DNA of 64,000 bases from Candidatus Eiseniibacteriota bacterium (GTDB lineage: Bacteria > Eisenbacteria > RBG-16-71-46). Location: contig JBBRLX010000005.1 in the NCBI GenBank assembly GCA_038231135.1, positions 32,001-96,000 of the forward strand. The letters are read 5' to 3'. The first letter of the stretch is position 1, and each line of letters starts with the position of its first letter. Made by a program: the position numbers and the translations under genes. Of this stretch, positions 38,933-47,645 are shown one piece after another. The notes beneath the pieces were generated by a model, which worked only from the letters and a program-made list of their open reading frames with translations, ran no database searches and was not told where the DNA came from.

Positions 38933-40189
38933 ATGACCGCCCAGCGCTCCCCAGCTTCGAAGCCGACCGCCTCCGCACTCGTGCTGTTCGAGGATTTGCG
39001 CTGGCGCGAGCTGCGGCCGCTCACGGATCTGACGGCGGTGCCCGCGCTGGCGTTCGGTGCCTCGACGCTGGGCGAGCGCTGGCAGGCCGCGACCCGGCTG
39101 CCGTTGCGCGCGGTGGTTGCCCGCCCGGAACTGCCGTCGCCGACGCCGGGGGGCGCCGCAGCCGATTCGGCCGAGGAACTGCTCGTGATCAATGCGGCGG
39201 CACTGCCGGGTCCGTGGCTCGACGCCGTGCTCGGCGCCACCGCGCCCGCGGTGTTCGCCGCCGGCGGAGTCATCGTGGCGGCACGGGTGGCGGCGGCGAC
39301 GATCGCGCCCGCGCTCGCGGGCGCCCAGCCGATGGAGGACACGCTGGCCGCGCTCGTGACTCCCGTGGCCGTCGAGGCGCGCCGCATCGCGCGGCCGTGG
39401 GACGTGATCGCCTGGAACCCCGCAGCGATCGCGGAAGACCTGGCACTACTCGCGCCTGTCCGCGATGGGTCCGTGCATCCGCAGGCGGTGTTGCTCGGTC
39501 CCGAGCGTATCGCGATCGGCCGCGACGCCCGCATCGACCCGCTGGCGGTCCTCGACGCGCGCGAAGGCCCGATCGGGATCGGAGCCGGCGTGCGGGTGCT
39601 CCCGAATACCGTGGTCGTGGGGCCATGTTCCGTCGGGCCGGGCACCCAGTTGCTCGGCGGCTATGTGTCGCGCTCCACGTTCGGTCCCGAATGCCGGATC
39701 GCGGGCGAGGTCGAGGATTGCGTATGGCAGGGCTACGGGAACAAGCGCCATCACGGGTTCGTCGGCCACAGCGTAATCGGCGAGTGGGTCAACCTCGGGG
39801 CGCTCACCACCACGAGCGATCTCAAGAACAACTATGGGACGGTGCGGGTGTGGGTGGACGGTCTCGAGATCGACAGCGGCAGCCCCAAGGTGGGATCGCT
39901 GATCGGCGCCCACGTCAAGACCGGGATCGGCACGCTGCTGCCGACCGGGGCGAGCGTTGGGACCGGGTCCAACCTGTTCGGCGGCGGCCGGTTCGCTCCC
40001 AAGGCGCTGCCGCCGTTCGCGTGGTGGGACGGCGAACGCATCGTGGACCACCAGATCGAGCCGTTCCTGCGCACGGCCCGGATCGCCATGTCGCGGCGGG
40101 GCCGCGAGTTGACCGCGGACGACGAACTCAGGTTGCGCGGCGCCTTCCAGTCGAGCGCCGCCGAGCGCGAGTCCGCCCGCCAGCGCTGA
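38933..40189 (+). CDS. Alternative GlmU-like nucleotidyl/acetyltransferase
   Basis: LFED...LRPLT, GPI.IG, GEVE, NK.H.GFVGHS.IGEWVNLGA.TTTSDLKNNY; hexapeptide repeats. Confidence 0.82.
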   Translation: MTAQRSPASKPTASALVLFEDLRWRELRPLTDLTAVPALAFGASTLGERWQAATRLPLRAVVARPELPSPTPGGAAADSAEELLVINAAALPGPWLDAVLGATAPAVFAAGGVIVAARVAAATIAPALAGAQPMEDTLAALVTPVAVEARRIARPWDVIAWNPAAIAEDLALLAPVRDGSVHPQAVLLGPERIAIGRDARIDPLAVLDAREGPIGIGAGVRVLPNTVVVGPCSVGPGTQLLGGYVSRSTFGPECRIAGEVEDCVWQGYGNKRHHGFVGHSVIGEWVNLGALTTTSDLKNNYGTVRVWVDGLEIDSGSPKVGSLIGAHVKTGIGTLLPTGASVGTGSNLFGGGRFAPKALPPFAWWDGERIVDHQIEPFLRTARIAMSRRGRELTADDELRLRGAFQSSAAERESARQR

Positions 40190-40210
40190 CTTCCACGCGT
40201 CCGGGCAGGC

Positions 40211-40240
40211 TTGACCCCATCTCCAACCCCTCTCTAGACT
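40211..40240 (+). promoter_or_regulatory. Sigma70-type promoter for galT-glgA
   Basis: TTGACC-N18-TAGACT. Confidence 0.5.
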
Positions 40241-40298
40241 CGATCGGCTTGTGCGGAGGGTATGGTCCGCACGCCGAATATCCCGCACGAGGAGACAC

Positions 40299-41312
40299 AT
40301 GCCCGAGCTCAGGAAGGACCCTGTGGTGGGACGCTGGGTCATCATTTCGACCGAGCGCAGCCGCCGGCCCACCCACTTCACCACCACCACCACCCAGCGT
40401 AACACCTACGCCTGCCCGTTCTGCCCCGGCAGCGAGGACAAGACGCCACCCGAGGTGTACGCCTGGCGTCCCGGCCACGAGGCCCCCAATACGCCGGGCT
40501 GGCAGGTGCGTGTGGTGCCGAACAAGTTCCCGGCCCTGCAGATCGAGGGCGGGCTCGACCGGCGCGGGGAGGGGCTGTACGACAAGATGAACGGGGTCGG
40601 GGCCCACGAAGTCGTGATCGAGGGGCCTGAACACGACAAGGATCTGGCCGATCTGCCGGTGGAACACATCCAGCAGGTGCTGCTGGCCTATCGCGCGCGC
40701 GTGCTGGACCTGCACCGCGACCGCCGGTTCCGCTACGTGCTGATCTTCAAGAACCACGGCGCCCAGGCCGGCGCCACGCTCGAGCACACCCACACCCAGC
40801 TCATCGCCACGCCGATCGTGCCCCGCATCCTGCAGGAGGAGATCGACGGCAGCCGGCGCTACTACGAACTCAAGGAGCGCTGCGTGTTCTGTGACATCGT
40901 GGCGCAGGAGACGGCCGACAATAACGGCCGGCGCGTGGTGTCGATGACCGACCGGTTCGTGGTGCTCGAGCCCTACGCGCCGCGGTTTCCGTTCGAGACC
41001 TGGATCCTGCCGCGCAAGCACGACGATTCGTTCCACAATCTCGAGGACGACGAGGAGTTCCACGACCTGGCCACGGTTCTCAAGGACACGCTCCAGCGCC
41101 TGAATCGCGCGCTCGACCGTCCGCCCTACAACTTCGCCATCCACACGGCGCCGGTCGGCGACACGCCGCTCGAGCACTATCACTGGCATCTGGAGATCAT
41201 GCCCACGCTCACACGCGTCGCCGGGTTCGAGATCGGCTCCGGGTTCTACATAAACCCGACGCCCCCCGAGGACGCCGCCCAGTACCTGCGAGAGATCGCG
41301 GTCGAAGCGTGA
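40299..41312 (+). CDS. galT: GalT-family nucleotidyltransferase
   Basis: ATG after GAGGAG; ELRKDP, R..RP, CPFCPG.E..TPPE, NKFPAL, FKNHG..AGATLEHTHTQ, CVFCD, HWH.EI. Confidence 0.88.
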   Translation: MPELRKDPVVGRWVIISTERSRRPTHFTTTTTQRNTYACPFCPGSEDKTPPEVYAWRPGHEAPNTPGWQVRVVPNKFPALQIEGGLDRRGEGLYDKMNGVGAHEVVIEGPEHDKDLADLPVEHIQQVLLAYRARVLDLHRDRRFRYVLIFKNHGAQAGATLEHTHTQLIATPIVPRILQEEIDGSRRYYELKERCVFCDIVAQETADNNGRRVVSMTDRFVVLEPYAPRFPFETWILPRKHDDSFHNLEDDEEFHDLATVLKDTLQRLNRALDRPPYNFAIHTAPVGDTPLEHYHWHLEIMPTLTRVAGFEIGSGFYINPTPPEDAAQYLREIAVEA

Positions 41313-41416
41313 GCGGTTAGGCGACCGACGATGATGACGGACCCCTCGAACGTGTCCGAGAGGCGCGGGCGATGCACCGCGCGCCGGAACACGTTCGCAT
41401 GCATGACTGGGCTGCG

Positions 41417-42955
41417 ATGAGCCGGCTCTCGATCGTCCATGTCGCGGGCGAGATGGCGCCGCTCGTCAAGGTCGGCGGCCTCGGCGATGTCGTGGGCGCG
41501 CTGTCGCTGGAGCAGGCGCGCCTCGGCCATCGCGTGACCGTGGTGATCCCCGCGTACCGCACGCTCCGGGCGCCCGCCGGCTGGACGCGGTCGAACCTCG
41601 GCACCACCGACGTGCCTTGGGGCATGGCCAGCGAGCCCGCGCGGTTCGAACTGCTCGAAGCCCCGGCCGGGGCGGGCGCGGGCACGCTGCGGGTGCTGCT
41701 CGTCGGCCACGCCGGGGAGCGGCGGTTCTTCGACCGGCCCGGCGTCTACGACGATCCCGTCACCGGCGAGGGCTATGCCGACAACGCCGAGCGGTTCCTG
41801 TTCTTCAGCCGCGCGGCGATCGACGGACTCAAGCGCCTGGGCGAGCGATTCGACATCCTGCACGCCCACGATCACCAGGCCGCGTGGGCGCCGTGCTTCG
41901 TGCGGACGCATGAGGCGTACGAGCTGGCGTTCGATGGTCTCGCGACCGTGCTCACGATCCACAATCTCGGCTACCAGGGCATCTACGACTCGTGGGTGCT
42001 GGCCGTCGCCGGTTTCGGCGGCGAAGCGTTCTATCCCCAGAGCCCGTTCGAATACTGGGGCCGGGTCAACTACATGAAGGTCGGGCTCGCGTTCGCCGAC
42101 ATGATCTCGACCGTGAGCCCGCGCTACGCGCGCGAGATCCAGACCTCGGGTGAATTCGGCTTCGGCCTCGAAGGCGTGCTCGCCCGGCGGCGCGCCGACC
42201 TGCGTGGGATCCTGAACGGCATCGACATCGACGTCTGGAACCCCGCCACCGATCCGCACCTGACGGCGCACTACGACGCAACCCACCTCGAGAACAAGGC
42301 CCGGGTGCGGGCGGAGCTGGCGGCCGAGTGCGGGTTCCCCGCGAATGGCCTGCCGCTGGTGGGCATCGTGTCGCGGCTCGCGGAGCAGAAGGGCTTCGAT
42401 CTCGTCGAGGAGGCCGAGGCCGATCTGCTCAAGCTCGACGCGCGCTTCGTGGTCCTGGGTTCCGGCGCGCCGCGCTACGTGGAGTTCATCAAGGAGCTGG
42501 CGTCCGCGCATCCCGAGCGCGTGTTCTTCCGCCCCGGCTTCGACGAGTCGTTCGCGCACCGGATCGAAGCCGGGTCCGACATGTTCTTCATGCCGTCACG
42601 CTACGAGCCCTGCGGACTCAACCAGATGTACAGCCTGCGCTACGGCACGGTGCCGGTGGTGCGGGAGACCGGCGGGCTCGCCGACACGGTGGTGGAGTTC
42701 GATCCCTTGACCCGCACTGGCAACGGCTTCCTGTTCCACCGCTTCGACGCCATGGAAATGGTCGCCGCGCTGCGCCGCGCCGTGGCGATCTACCGTCAGC
42801 CCGAGCTGTGGCGCGCGCTGCAGAAGACCGGCATGGCCGAGGACTTCTCGTGGGCCCGCAGCGCCGCGGCGTACGACCAGCTCTACACCGAGGCGCGCGC
42901 GAAGGTGGCGCGCGGCGACGCCCGCACGATGGAGCGGGTGCGGGCGACGATCTAG
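41417..42955 (+). CDS. glgA: Glycogen synthase
   Basis: P..KVGGLGDV, HAHD, TIHNLGYQG, TVSP.YA.EI, GILNGID, SRL..QKG, PSRYEPCGLNQMY. Confidence 0.95.
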   Translation: MSRLSIVHVAGEMAPLVKVGGLGDVVGALSLEQARLGHRVTVVIPAYRTLRAPAGWTRSNLGTTDVPWGMASEPARFELLEAPAGAGAGTLRVLLVGHAGERRFFDRPGVYDDPVTGEGYADNAERFLFFSRAAIDGLKRLGERFDILHAHDHQAAWAPCFVRTHEAYELAFDGLATVLTIHNLGYQGIYDSWVLAVAGFGGEAFYPQSPFEYWGRVNYMKVGLAFADMISTVSPRYAREIQTSGEFGFGLEGVLARRRADLRGILNGIDIDVWNPATDPHLTAHYDATHLENKARVRAELAAECGFPANGLPLVGIVSRLAEQKGFDLVEEAEADLLKLDARFVVLGSGAPRYVEFIKELASAHPERVFFRPGFDESFAHRIEAGSDMFFMPSRYEPCGLNQMYSLRYGTVPVVRETGGLADTVVEFDPLTRTGNGFLFHRFDAMEMVAALRRAVAIYRQPELWRALQKTGMAEDFSWARSAAAYDQLYTEARAKVARGDARTMERVRATI

Positions 42956-42959
42956 GGGG

Positions 42960-43105
42960 TCGTTTCCCGCACCTTCGCAGTCTCCCCGGCGCCCTGCCGG
43001 TGTCGGCGATGAGCGTCTGCACCACGAACTGGAGGCCCGTCAGGGCCCCGCCCGACGATCCGACGATGATTAGAAGTTCGCCCACTCTTCGAGTTGAGAG
43101 CGCAT
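42960..43105 (-). pseudogene. Frameshifted remnant of a small membrane-protein gene
   Basis: GGAGG then ATG: MRSQLEEWANF, TAA, then in a shifted frame IIVGSSGGALTGLQFVVQTLIAD; one inserted base restores a continuous hydrophobic N-terminus. Confidence 0.6.
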
Positions 43106-43264
43106 GTCGGATCCTCCCGGTGACCCGCAGGACGCGGGGGTCAGACGCCTGCGCTTCGACGTGACCGCCTGCCCGACAGGAACGCGGCCATCGGGATGGC
43201 GATCGCGATCGCGCTTCCACGGCCCGCTTCAGAGGTCATCTCGCGGCCCTCGAGGGAAGCTTGC

Positions 43265-43747
43265 TCAAGTCCGTGCGGGCACCGCCTCCAGCAGCCCCGC
43301 ATGTAGCGCCCGCACCGCGTCGTCGCACCGGCCCCCGCCGATCCGGAAGATCAGCGCGGTGGGGGTGGTGCGGAGCGCGATGATCGGCACGCCGGCCTTC
43401 TCGAGCGCCGCCTCGGCGCGGGCGGCGTCCATGGCGCCGAGCCCGAGGCCGACAACGGACACGAACGCGGTGCCGTGTTCCACATCGATGCGCCACTCCA
43501 TGCCCGGGCCGCGCAGCTCGCGGAACCGCTTCTGCAGGATCTCGACGTCCGCGCGGCTGCCGATCCACACCAGCGCATGGTGCTGGCCCGCGGTCTGCTC
43601 GTGCGCGATCAGCTCCAGCTCGGGCAGCGCCGCCGCCACCAGCTCGATGATCTCGCGCGCCTCGCCGCGGCCGCCGGCGTTGCCTTCGGCGATCGCGATC
43701 GAGACGTCGTCGCGATGCACGACCGCATCGACGTGGGTGCCTTCCAT
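43265..43747 (-). CDS. Putative aspartate kinase beta subunit (in-frame internal start)
   Basis: GAGGAGG-acgac-ATG at codon 246, at the kinase/ACT boundary. Confidence 0.6.
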   Translation of the reverse strand: MEGTHVDAVVHRDDVSIAIAEGNAGGRGEAREIIELVAAALPELELIAHEQTAGQHHALVWIGSRADVEILQKRFRELRGPGMEWRIDVEHGTAFVSVVGLGLGAMDAARAEAALEKAGVPIIALRTTPTALIFRIGGGRCDDAVRALHAGLLEAVPART

Positions 43748-44482
43748 GTCGTCCTCCTCGATGATCGTGCCGGGCCGGTCGTCGAACGACGACCGTACCA
43801 CGAGCGGCACATGATCCCGCGCGGCGAGATCCACGCAGCGCGCCTGCAGCACGCGGCCGCCGAGATGCGCGAGCGTCGAGCACACCCGGTACCCCAGCCG
43901 CGGAATCGGCCGCGCCCGCGGCACGATGCGCGGATCGGCCGTGCACACCCCCGGCACGTCGGTGTAGATCTCGCAGGTCGCGGGCGCGAGCGCCGACGCC
44001 AGCGCCACGGCGGAGGTGTCCGATCCTCCGCGGCCGAGCGTGGTGATCTCCCTGGTCTCGGGGTTCACGCCCTGGAAGCCGGCGACGATCACCACGCGGC
44101 CGCGGGCGAGCTCGGTGCGGATGCGATCGGGCCGCACCTCGACGATGCGCGCGGCGGTGTGGTGGCCGTCGGTGAGTATGCCGCTCTGGGAGCCGGTGAA
44201 CGAGATCGCCTCGATGCCGAGATCGTGCAGCGCCATCGCGAGCAGCGCCATGGTGACGCGCTCGCCGGTCGACACCAGCATGTCGAGCTCGCGCCGGTCC
44301 GGCGCCTGCGACACCTGGTGCGCGAGCGCGATCAGCGCGTCGGTGGACTGGCCCATGGCCGACACCACGACCACCAGCTCGTGACCGGCGGCGCGGGCGC
44401 GCGCAATGCGGCCGGCCACGGCCAGGATCCGCTCCGGGTCCGCGACCGAGGTGCCGCCGTACTTCTGGACCGTCCTCTGCAT
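43265..44482 (-). CDS. lysC: Aspartate kinase (alpha subunit)
   Basis: [53 protein letters not shown]. Confidence 0.92.
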   Translation of the reverse strand: MQRTVQKYGGTSVADPERILAVAGRIARARAAGHELVVVVSAMGQSTDALIALAHQVSQAPDRRELDMLVSTGERVTMALLAMALHDLGIEAISFTGSQSGILTDGHHTAARIVEVRPDRIRTELARGRVVIVAGFQGVNPETREITTLGRGGSDTSAVALASALAPATCEIYTDVPGVCTADPRIVPRARPIPRLGYRVCSTLAHLGGRVLQARCVDLAARDHVPLVVRSSFDDRPGTIIEEDDMEGTHVDAVVHRDDVSIAIAEGNAGGRGEAREIIELVAAALPELELIAHEQTAGQHHALVWIGSRADVEILQKRFRELRGPGMEWRIDVEHGTAFVSVVGLGLGAMDAARAEAALEKAGVPIIALRTTPTALIFRIGGGRCDDAVRALHAGLLEAVPART

Positions 44483-44613
44483 GGCGGAGTTATACGGGAA
44501 GCGGCGGGTATCCTGCACGCGGGCCAGGGGGTGGGGCTCGCAGCCGGCTCGCGCCGGCACCGGCGGGGAGTCGGATCCGGCGGCCCCCGCAGCGTTGGCG
44601 CGGGCCGCCCGCA

Positions 44614-44643
44614 TTGACGCATCCGGCCGGCGCTCGATATAGT
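44614..44643 (+). promoter_or_regulatory. Stable-RNA promoter for tRNA-Gly
   Basis: TTGACG-N18-TATAGT followed by GC-rich discriminator CCGCGCC. Confidence 0.7.
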
Positions 44644-44662
44644 CCGCGCCGTTCGTTTTCGA

Positions 44663-44739
44663 GCGGAAGTAGCTCAGCCCGGTAGAGCCCCACCTTGCCA
44701 AGGTGGTTGTCGGGGGTTCAAATCCCCTCTTCCGCTCCA
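44663..44739 (+). tRNA. tRNA-Gly(GCC)
   Basis: Acceptor GCGGAAG/CTTCCGC, anticodon arm CCACC-TTGCCAA-GGTGG, TTCAAAT T-loop, U discriminator, encoded CCA. Confidence 0.96.
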
Positions 44740-44861
44740 TTCTTGCCCTTGGGCCGGCCCAGCGCCGGCCCGGCGGTCATTTGCCGGCCTGCCCGTCGCG
44801 CCCAAGCCTCCGGAGAACGACGGCCGGCCCGTCCCAGGCCCGGCCGGGCATGGAGGTTCGC

Positions 44862-45422
44862 GTGAGCCCAGGTTCGGGCGCGTCCGGGCGTCCGGAAGTG
44901 GAACGCGCGATCGCGGTGCTGATCGCCAGTCTCGGCCTCGACACCCGCGCGGAACCCGAGCTGGAGCGCACTCCCGAGCGCGTGGCCGCGCTCTACGCCG
45001 AGATCTTCGCGGGGCTCGATCCCGCGAACGCGCCGGAGCCCGCGGTGTTTCCGCACGCGGGCGGCGACGACACGGTGATCGTGCGCGACCTGCCGTTCCA
45101 TTCGCTGTGCGTGCACCACTTCGTGCCGTTCTTCGGCACCGCGGACATCGCGTACCTGCCCGGCGATCGCATCGTGGGCATCAGCGGGCCCGCGCGCATC
45201 CTGGACCATTTCTCGCGACGCCCGCAGCTGCAGGAGCGGCTGACGCGGCAGATCGCCGATCGCCTCGAGGAGTTGCTCGCGCCCCGCGGGCTGGTGGTGC
45301 GGCTCACCGCGCGGCACCTGTGCATGGAGATGCGGGGCGTGCGCAAGGCCGGCAACGTCGAGACGCTCGTGCGCCGGGGTGCGCTCGCCGAGCCGCAGTG
45401 GGCTCGTGTCCTCGACCCTTGA
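44862..45422 (+). CDS. folE: GTP cyclohydrolase I (variant)
   Basis: GTG after GGAGG; TPERVA, SLCVHH.VPFFG, RRPQLQERLT, HLCMEMRGV. Confidence 0.8.
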   Translation: MSPGSGASGRPEVERAIAVLIASLGLDTRAEPELERTPERVAALYAEIFAGLDPANAPEPAVFPHAGGDDTVIVRDLPFHSLCVHHFVPFFGTADIAYLPGDRIVGISGPARILDHFSRRPQLQERLTRQIADRLEELLAPRGLVVRLTARHLCMEMRGVRKAGNVETLVRRGALAEPQWARVLDP

Positions 45423-46392
45423 CGAGCTGCTGATCGTCGGAGCCGGCCCCGCCGGTGTGTCGGCCGCGCTGTGGACGCGCACGTTCGGCCTGTCCGCGAG
45501 CATCGTCGACGCCGCCGCCGAGGTGGGCGGGCAGCTGCGGATCGTGCGGTTCCATCCGGGCGAGCTGCCCGGCATCGCCGCCGGCACCGGTCCCGAGATC
45601 GCCGACACGTGTGCCGCGCAACTCGCGGCGGCGAAGGTGCCGGTGTTCCTGGGCGTCGCGGCCGCAGGCATCGTGGCAACGGCCGGCGGCCTCAGCGTCA
45701 CTTCCGCGAGTGCGCCGCCGCGGCGCGCGCGCGCCGTGCTCATCGCGACGGGGCTGCGCCGGCGTCGGCTCGAAGTGCCGGGGGAACGGGAGCTCGAGGG
45801 GCGCGGTGTGTCGTATTCCGCCCGCGCCGATCGCGAGGACTTCGCCGGGGGTGACGTGGTGGTGGCCGGCGGCGGCGACGGGGCGTACGAGAACGCGCTG
45901 CTGCTGGCCGAGGTCGGTTGCCGGGTGGTGCTCGCGATGCGCGGTGCGCCGCGGGCGCGGCCGGAATTTCAGGACCGCGCGGCGCGCGACGCGCGCATCG
46001 CCGTGCGCGAGCGCACGCGCGTGGTGGCGTTTCGCGGCGCGGGCGGAGTCGCCGGTTCGGGTGGCGGACCCGCCCGCGCCGCGGGAGCGGGACCTGCTGG
46101 CGGTCACGTCCTCGAAGCCGTGGTCCTCGAGCGCGACGGCGTCATCACCACGCTGCCGGCCCGGGGCGTGGTGATCAAAGTCGGCATGGTGCCGAACACG
46201 GACTGGTGCGCGAACCTCGAGCGGGATCGCGACGGCTATCTCGTGACCGACGGCGCCGGCCGCACGAGCCTGGACTTCGTCTGGGCCGCGGGCGATGTGA
46301 CGCGCCCGTGCCGGCTCAGCATCGCGGTCGCGGTCGGTTCGGCCGCGACCGCGATGGCGGACATTCGCGCGCGGCTGCGCGGAGAACCCTGA
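45406..46392 (+). CDS. Thioredoxin reductase-like FAD/NAD(P) oxidoreductase lacking CxxC
   Basis: IVGAGPAG, GGQL, IATG, VPGE.E..GRGVSY, GGGD.A.E.A, G..PNT, WAAGDV. Confidence 0.8.
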   Translation: MSSTLDELLIVGAGPAGVSAALWTRTFGLSASIVDAAAEVGGQLRIVRFHPGELPGIAAGTGPEIADTCAAQLAAAKVPVFLGVAAAGIVATAGGLSVTSASAPPRRARAVLIATGLRRRRLEVPGERELEGRGVSYSARADREDFAGGDVVVAGGGDGAYENALLLAEVGCRVVLAMRGAPRARPEFQDRAARDARIAVRERTRVVAFRGAGGVAGSGGGPARAAGAGPAGGHVLEAVVLERDGVITTLPARGVVIKVGMVPNTDWCANLERDRDGYLVTDGAGRTSLDFVWAAGDVTRPCRLSIAVAVGSAATAMADIRARLRGEP

Positions 46393-46548
46393 CCGCCAGG
46401 AGCGGCTGCGTTCGATGGCGCTGTGTTCCATGCTCCGACATCGAACGCGGCTGTCATTTCGAGACCGGAAACCGACGAAATGCGGCTCTGTGCGGTCTGC
46501 ACGACGGTTTCCCTGGGATCCGCCCGCCCGCATCGCGTATAATCATGA

Positions 46549-46745
46549 GGCTCGCGGTAGAGGCCTGTGGTCTTCGGACCATGGGCCTCAGCGATTTCAG
46601 CCCGCAATGTTTGCTGTCGCTGCACATTGCGGTGGCTGCCCCCAAGGCCGTACTGGAACCCGTCCGGCGCACCTCCCCCTGCCGTACGCCCGGGCCCGGT
46701 ATCGGCTGCGGGGTTCCTCCAGCGGGACCCCGCAACGCTTTCATC
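46549..46745 (+). ncRNA. Candidate structured ncRNA or cis-regulatory leader (family not recognised)
   Basis: TATAAT at 46538; 13-bp cUUCGg hairpin 46560-46589; stem 46602-46632; terminator-like stem 46707-46734 then a T-rich tail. Confidence 0.5.
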
Positions 46746-46838
46746 GCCCGCCTAAAGCCCCCCGTGCCCGAGGCCGAAAACCGCCCCAAGGGCTTTCCTT
46801 GTCTGGAAACGCGCCGGCAGCGCGGGGGAACACGTCGA

Positions 46839-47645
46839 ATGGATTCGATCCGATCACGTTGGGGCTGGATTGCGCTCGCCGCGCTCGTGGCTGGTGGCTG
46901 CGCCGCGCCAGGGGCCGTGATTCACGGCAATATCCACCTGCCGCAGGGCGCCGGCATGGCCCGCCCGGCACCGGCGGCCCCGAGACACCCGAGCTCGTCG
47001 AAGTCCACGGTGGCGGCGACGCACGGGCGCACGAAGTCCGCGAACTCCCGGAGCTCCCCGAAGTCCCGGAGCTCGGTGAACCTGAAGACGGTGGCCGCGA
47101 AGTTCGAGCCTCCGCGGCCAGCGGTCGCGGGTTCCGGCGGTGAATCGGTCGGCGACGTGGTGCTGTTCCTCGACCGCATGCCCGCGCCCAGGCCAAAGCC
47201 GCGGTCGCGCGCCGCGGCACCGCCGGGGCATCCGCCGGCGCGGGTGACGATCGACGCGGCGGGCTTCACGCCCCGCGTCCAGGCCGTGACGCGCGGTGAC
47301 ACCGTGTGGTTCGTGAACAAGGACCAGCGATTCCACAACGCGTTCAGCGTGTCCCCGGTGCGGAAGTTCGACCTCGGCATGCTGGCGCCGGGCGCCGCGC
47401 GGCGCGTGATGTTCGACCGCACCGGCGCCGTGCGCGTGTTCTGCAACCTGCATGCGGATTCGTCGTCGTATGTCTACGTGGTGCCGAACGCGCAGTGGAC
47501 GCGGCCCGACGGCCGGGGCGCGTTCGAGCTGCCGCCGCTGCCGCCGGGCAGCTATCAGCTGCGCGCCTGGCATCCACGCTTCGGCGAGCGCCGCTGGACC
47601 GTGCAACTGCCCCGCACCGGCATCGCGCTCGACCTGGGGTTCTGA
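46839..47645 (+). CDS. Lipoprotein with cupredoxin-like and carboxypeptidase-regulatory-like domains
   Basis: Lipobox VAGGC; F.P.V..V..GDTV.F.N.D..FHNAFS, VFCNLH, G.F.L..LPPG.Y.L.AWH. Confidence 0.75.
   Translation: MDSIRSRWGWIALAALVAGGCAAPGAVIHGNIHLPQGAGMARPAPAAPRHPSSSKSTVAATHGRTKSANSRSSPKSRSSVNLKTVAAKFEPPRPAVAGSGGESVGDVVLFLDRMPAPRPKPRSRAAAPPGHPPARVTIDAAGFTPRVQAVTRGDTVWFVNKDQRFHNAFSVSPVRKFDLGMLAPGAARRVMFDRTGAVRVFCNLHADSSSYVYVVPNAQWTRPDGRGAFELPPLPPGSYQLRAWHPRFGERRWTVQLPRTGIALDLGF

Noticed and set aside
43001..43178. Nested stems (GCGTCTG/CAGACGC, GATCCGAC/GTCGGATC) suggesting 6S RNA
   Set aside because: Stems are short in GC-rich DNA and the region is better explained by the minus-strand pseudogene; an Rfam scan would settle it
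44663..44739. tRNA-Gly as an integration site
   Set aside because: No integrase and no duplicated tRNA 3' end noticed in the window
46549..46745. Lysine or c-di-GMP riboswitch identity for the structured RNA
   Set aside because: Only a superficial AGAGG match; the other conserved elements were not found
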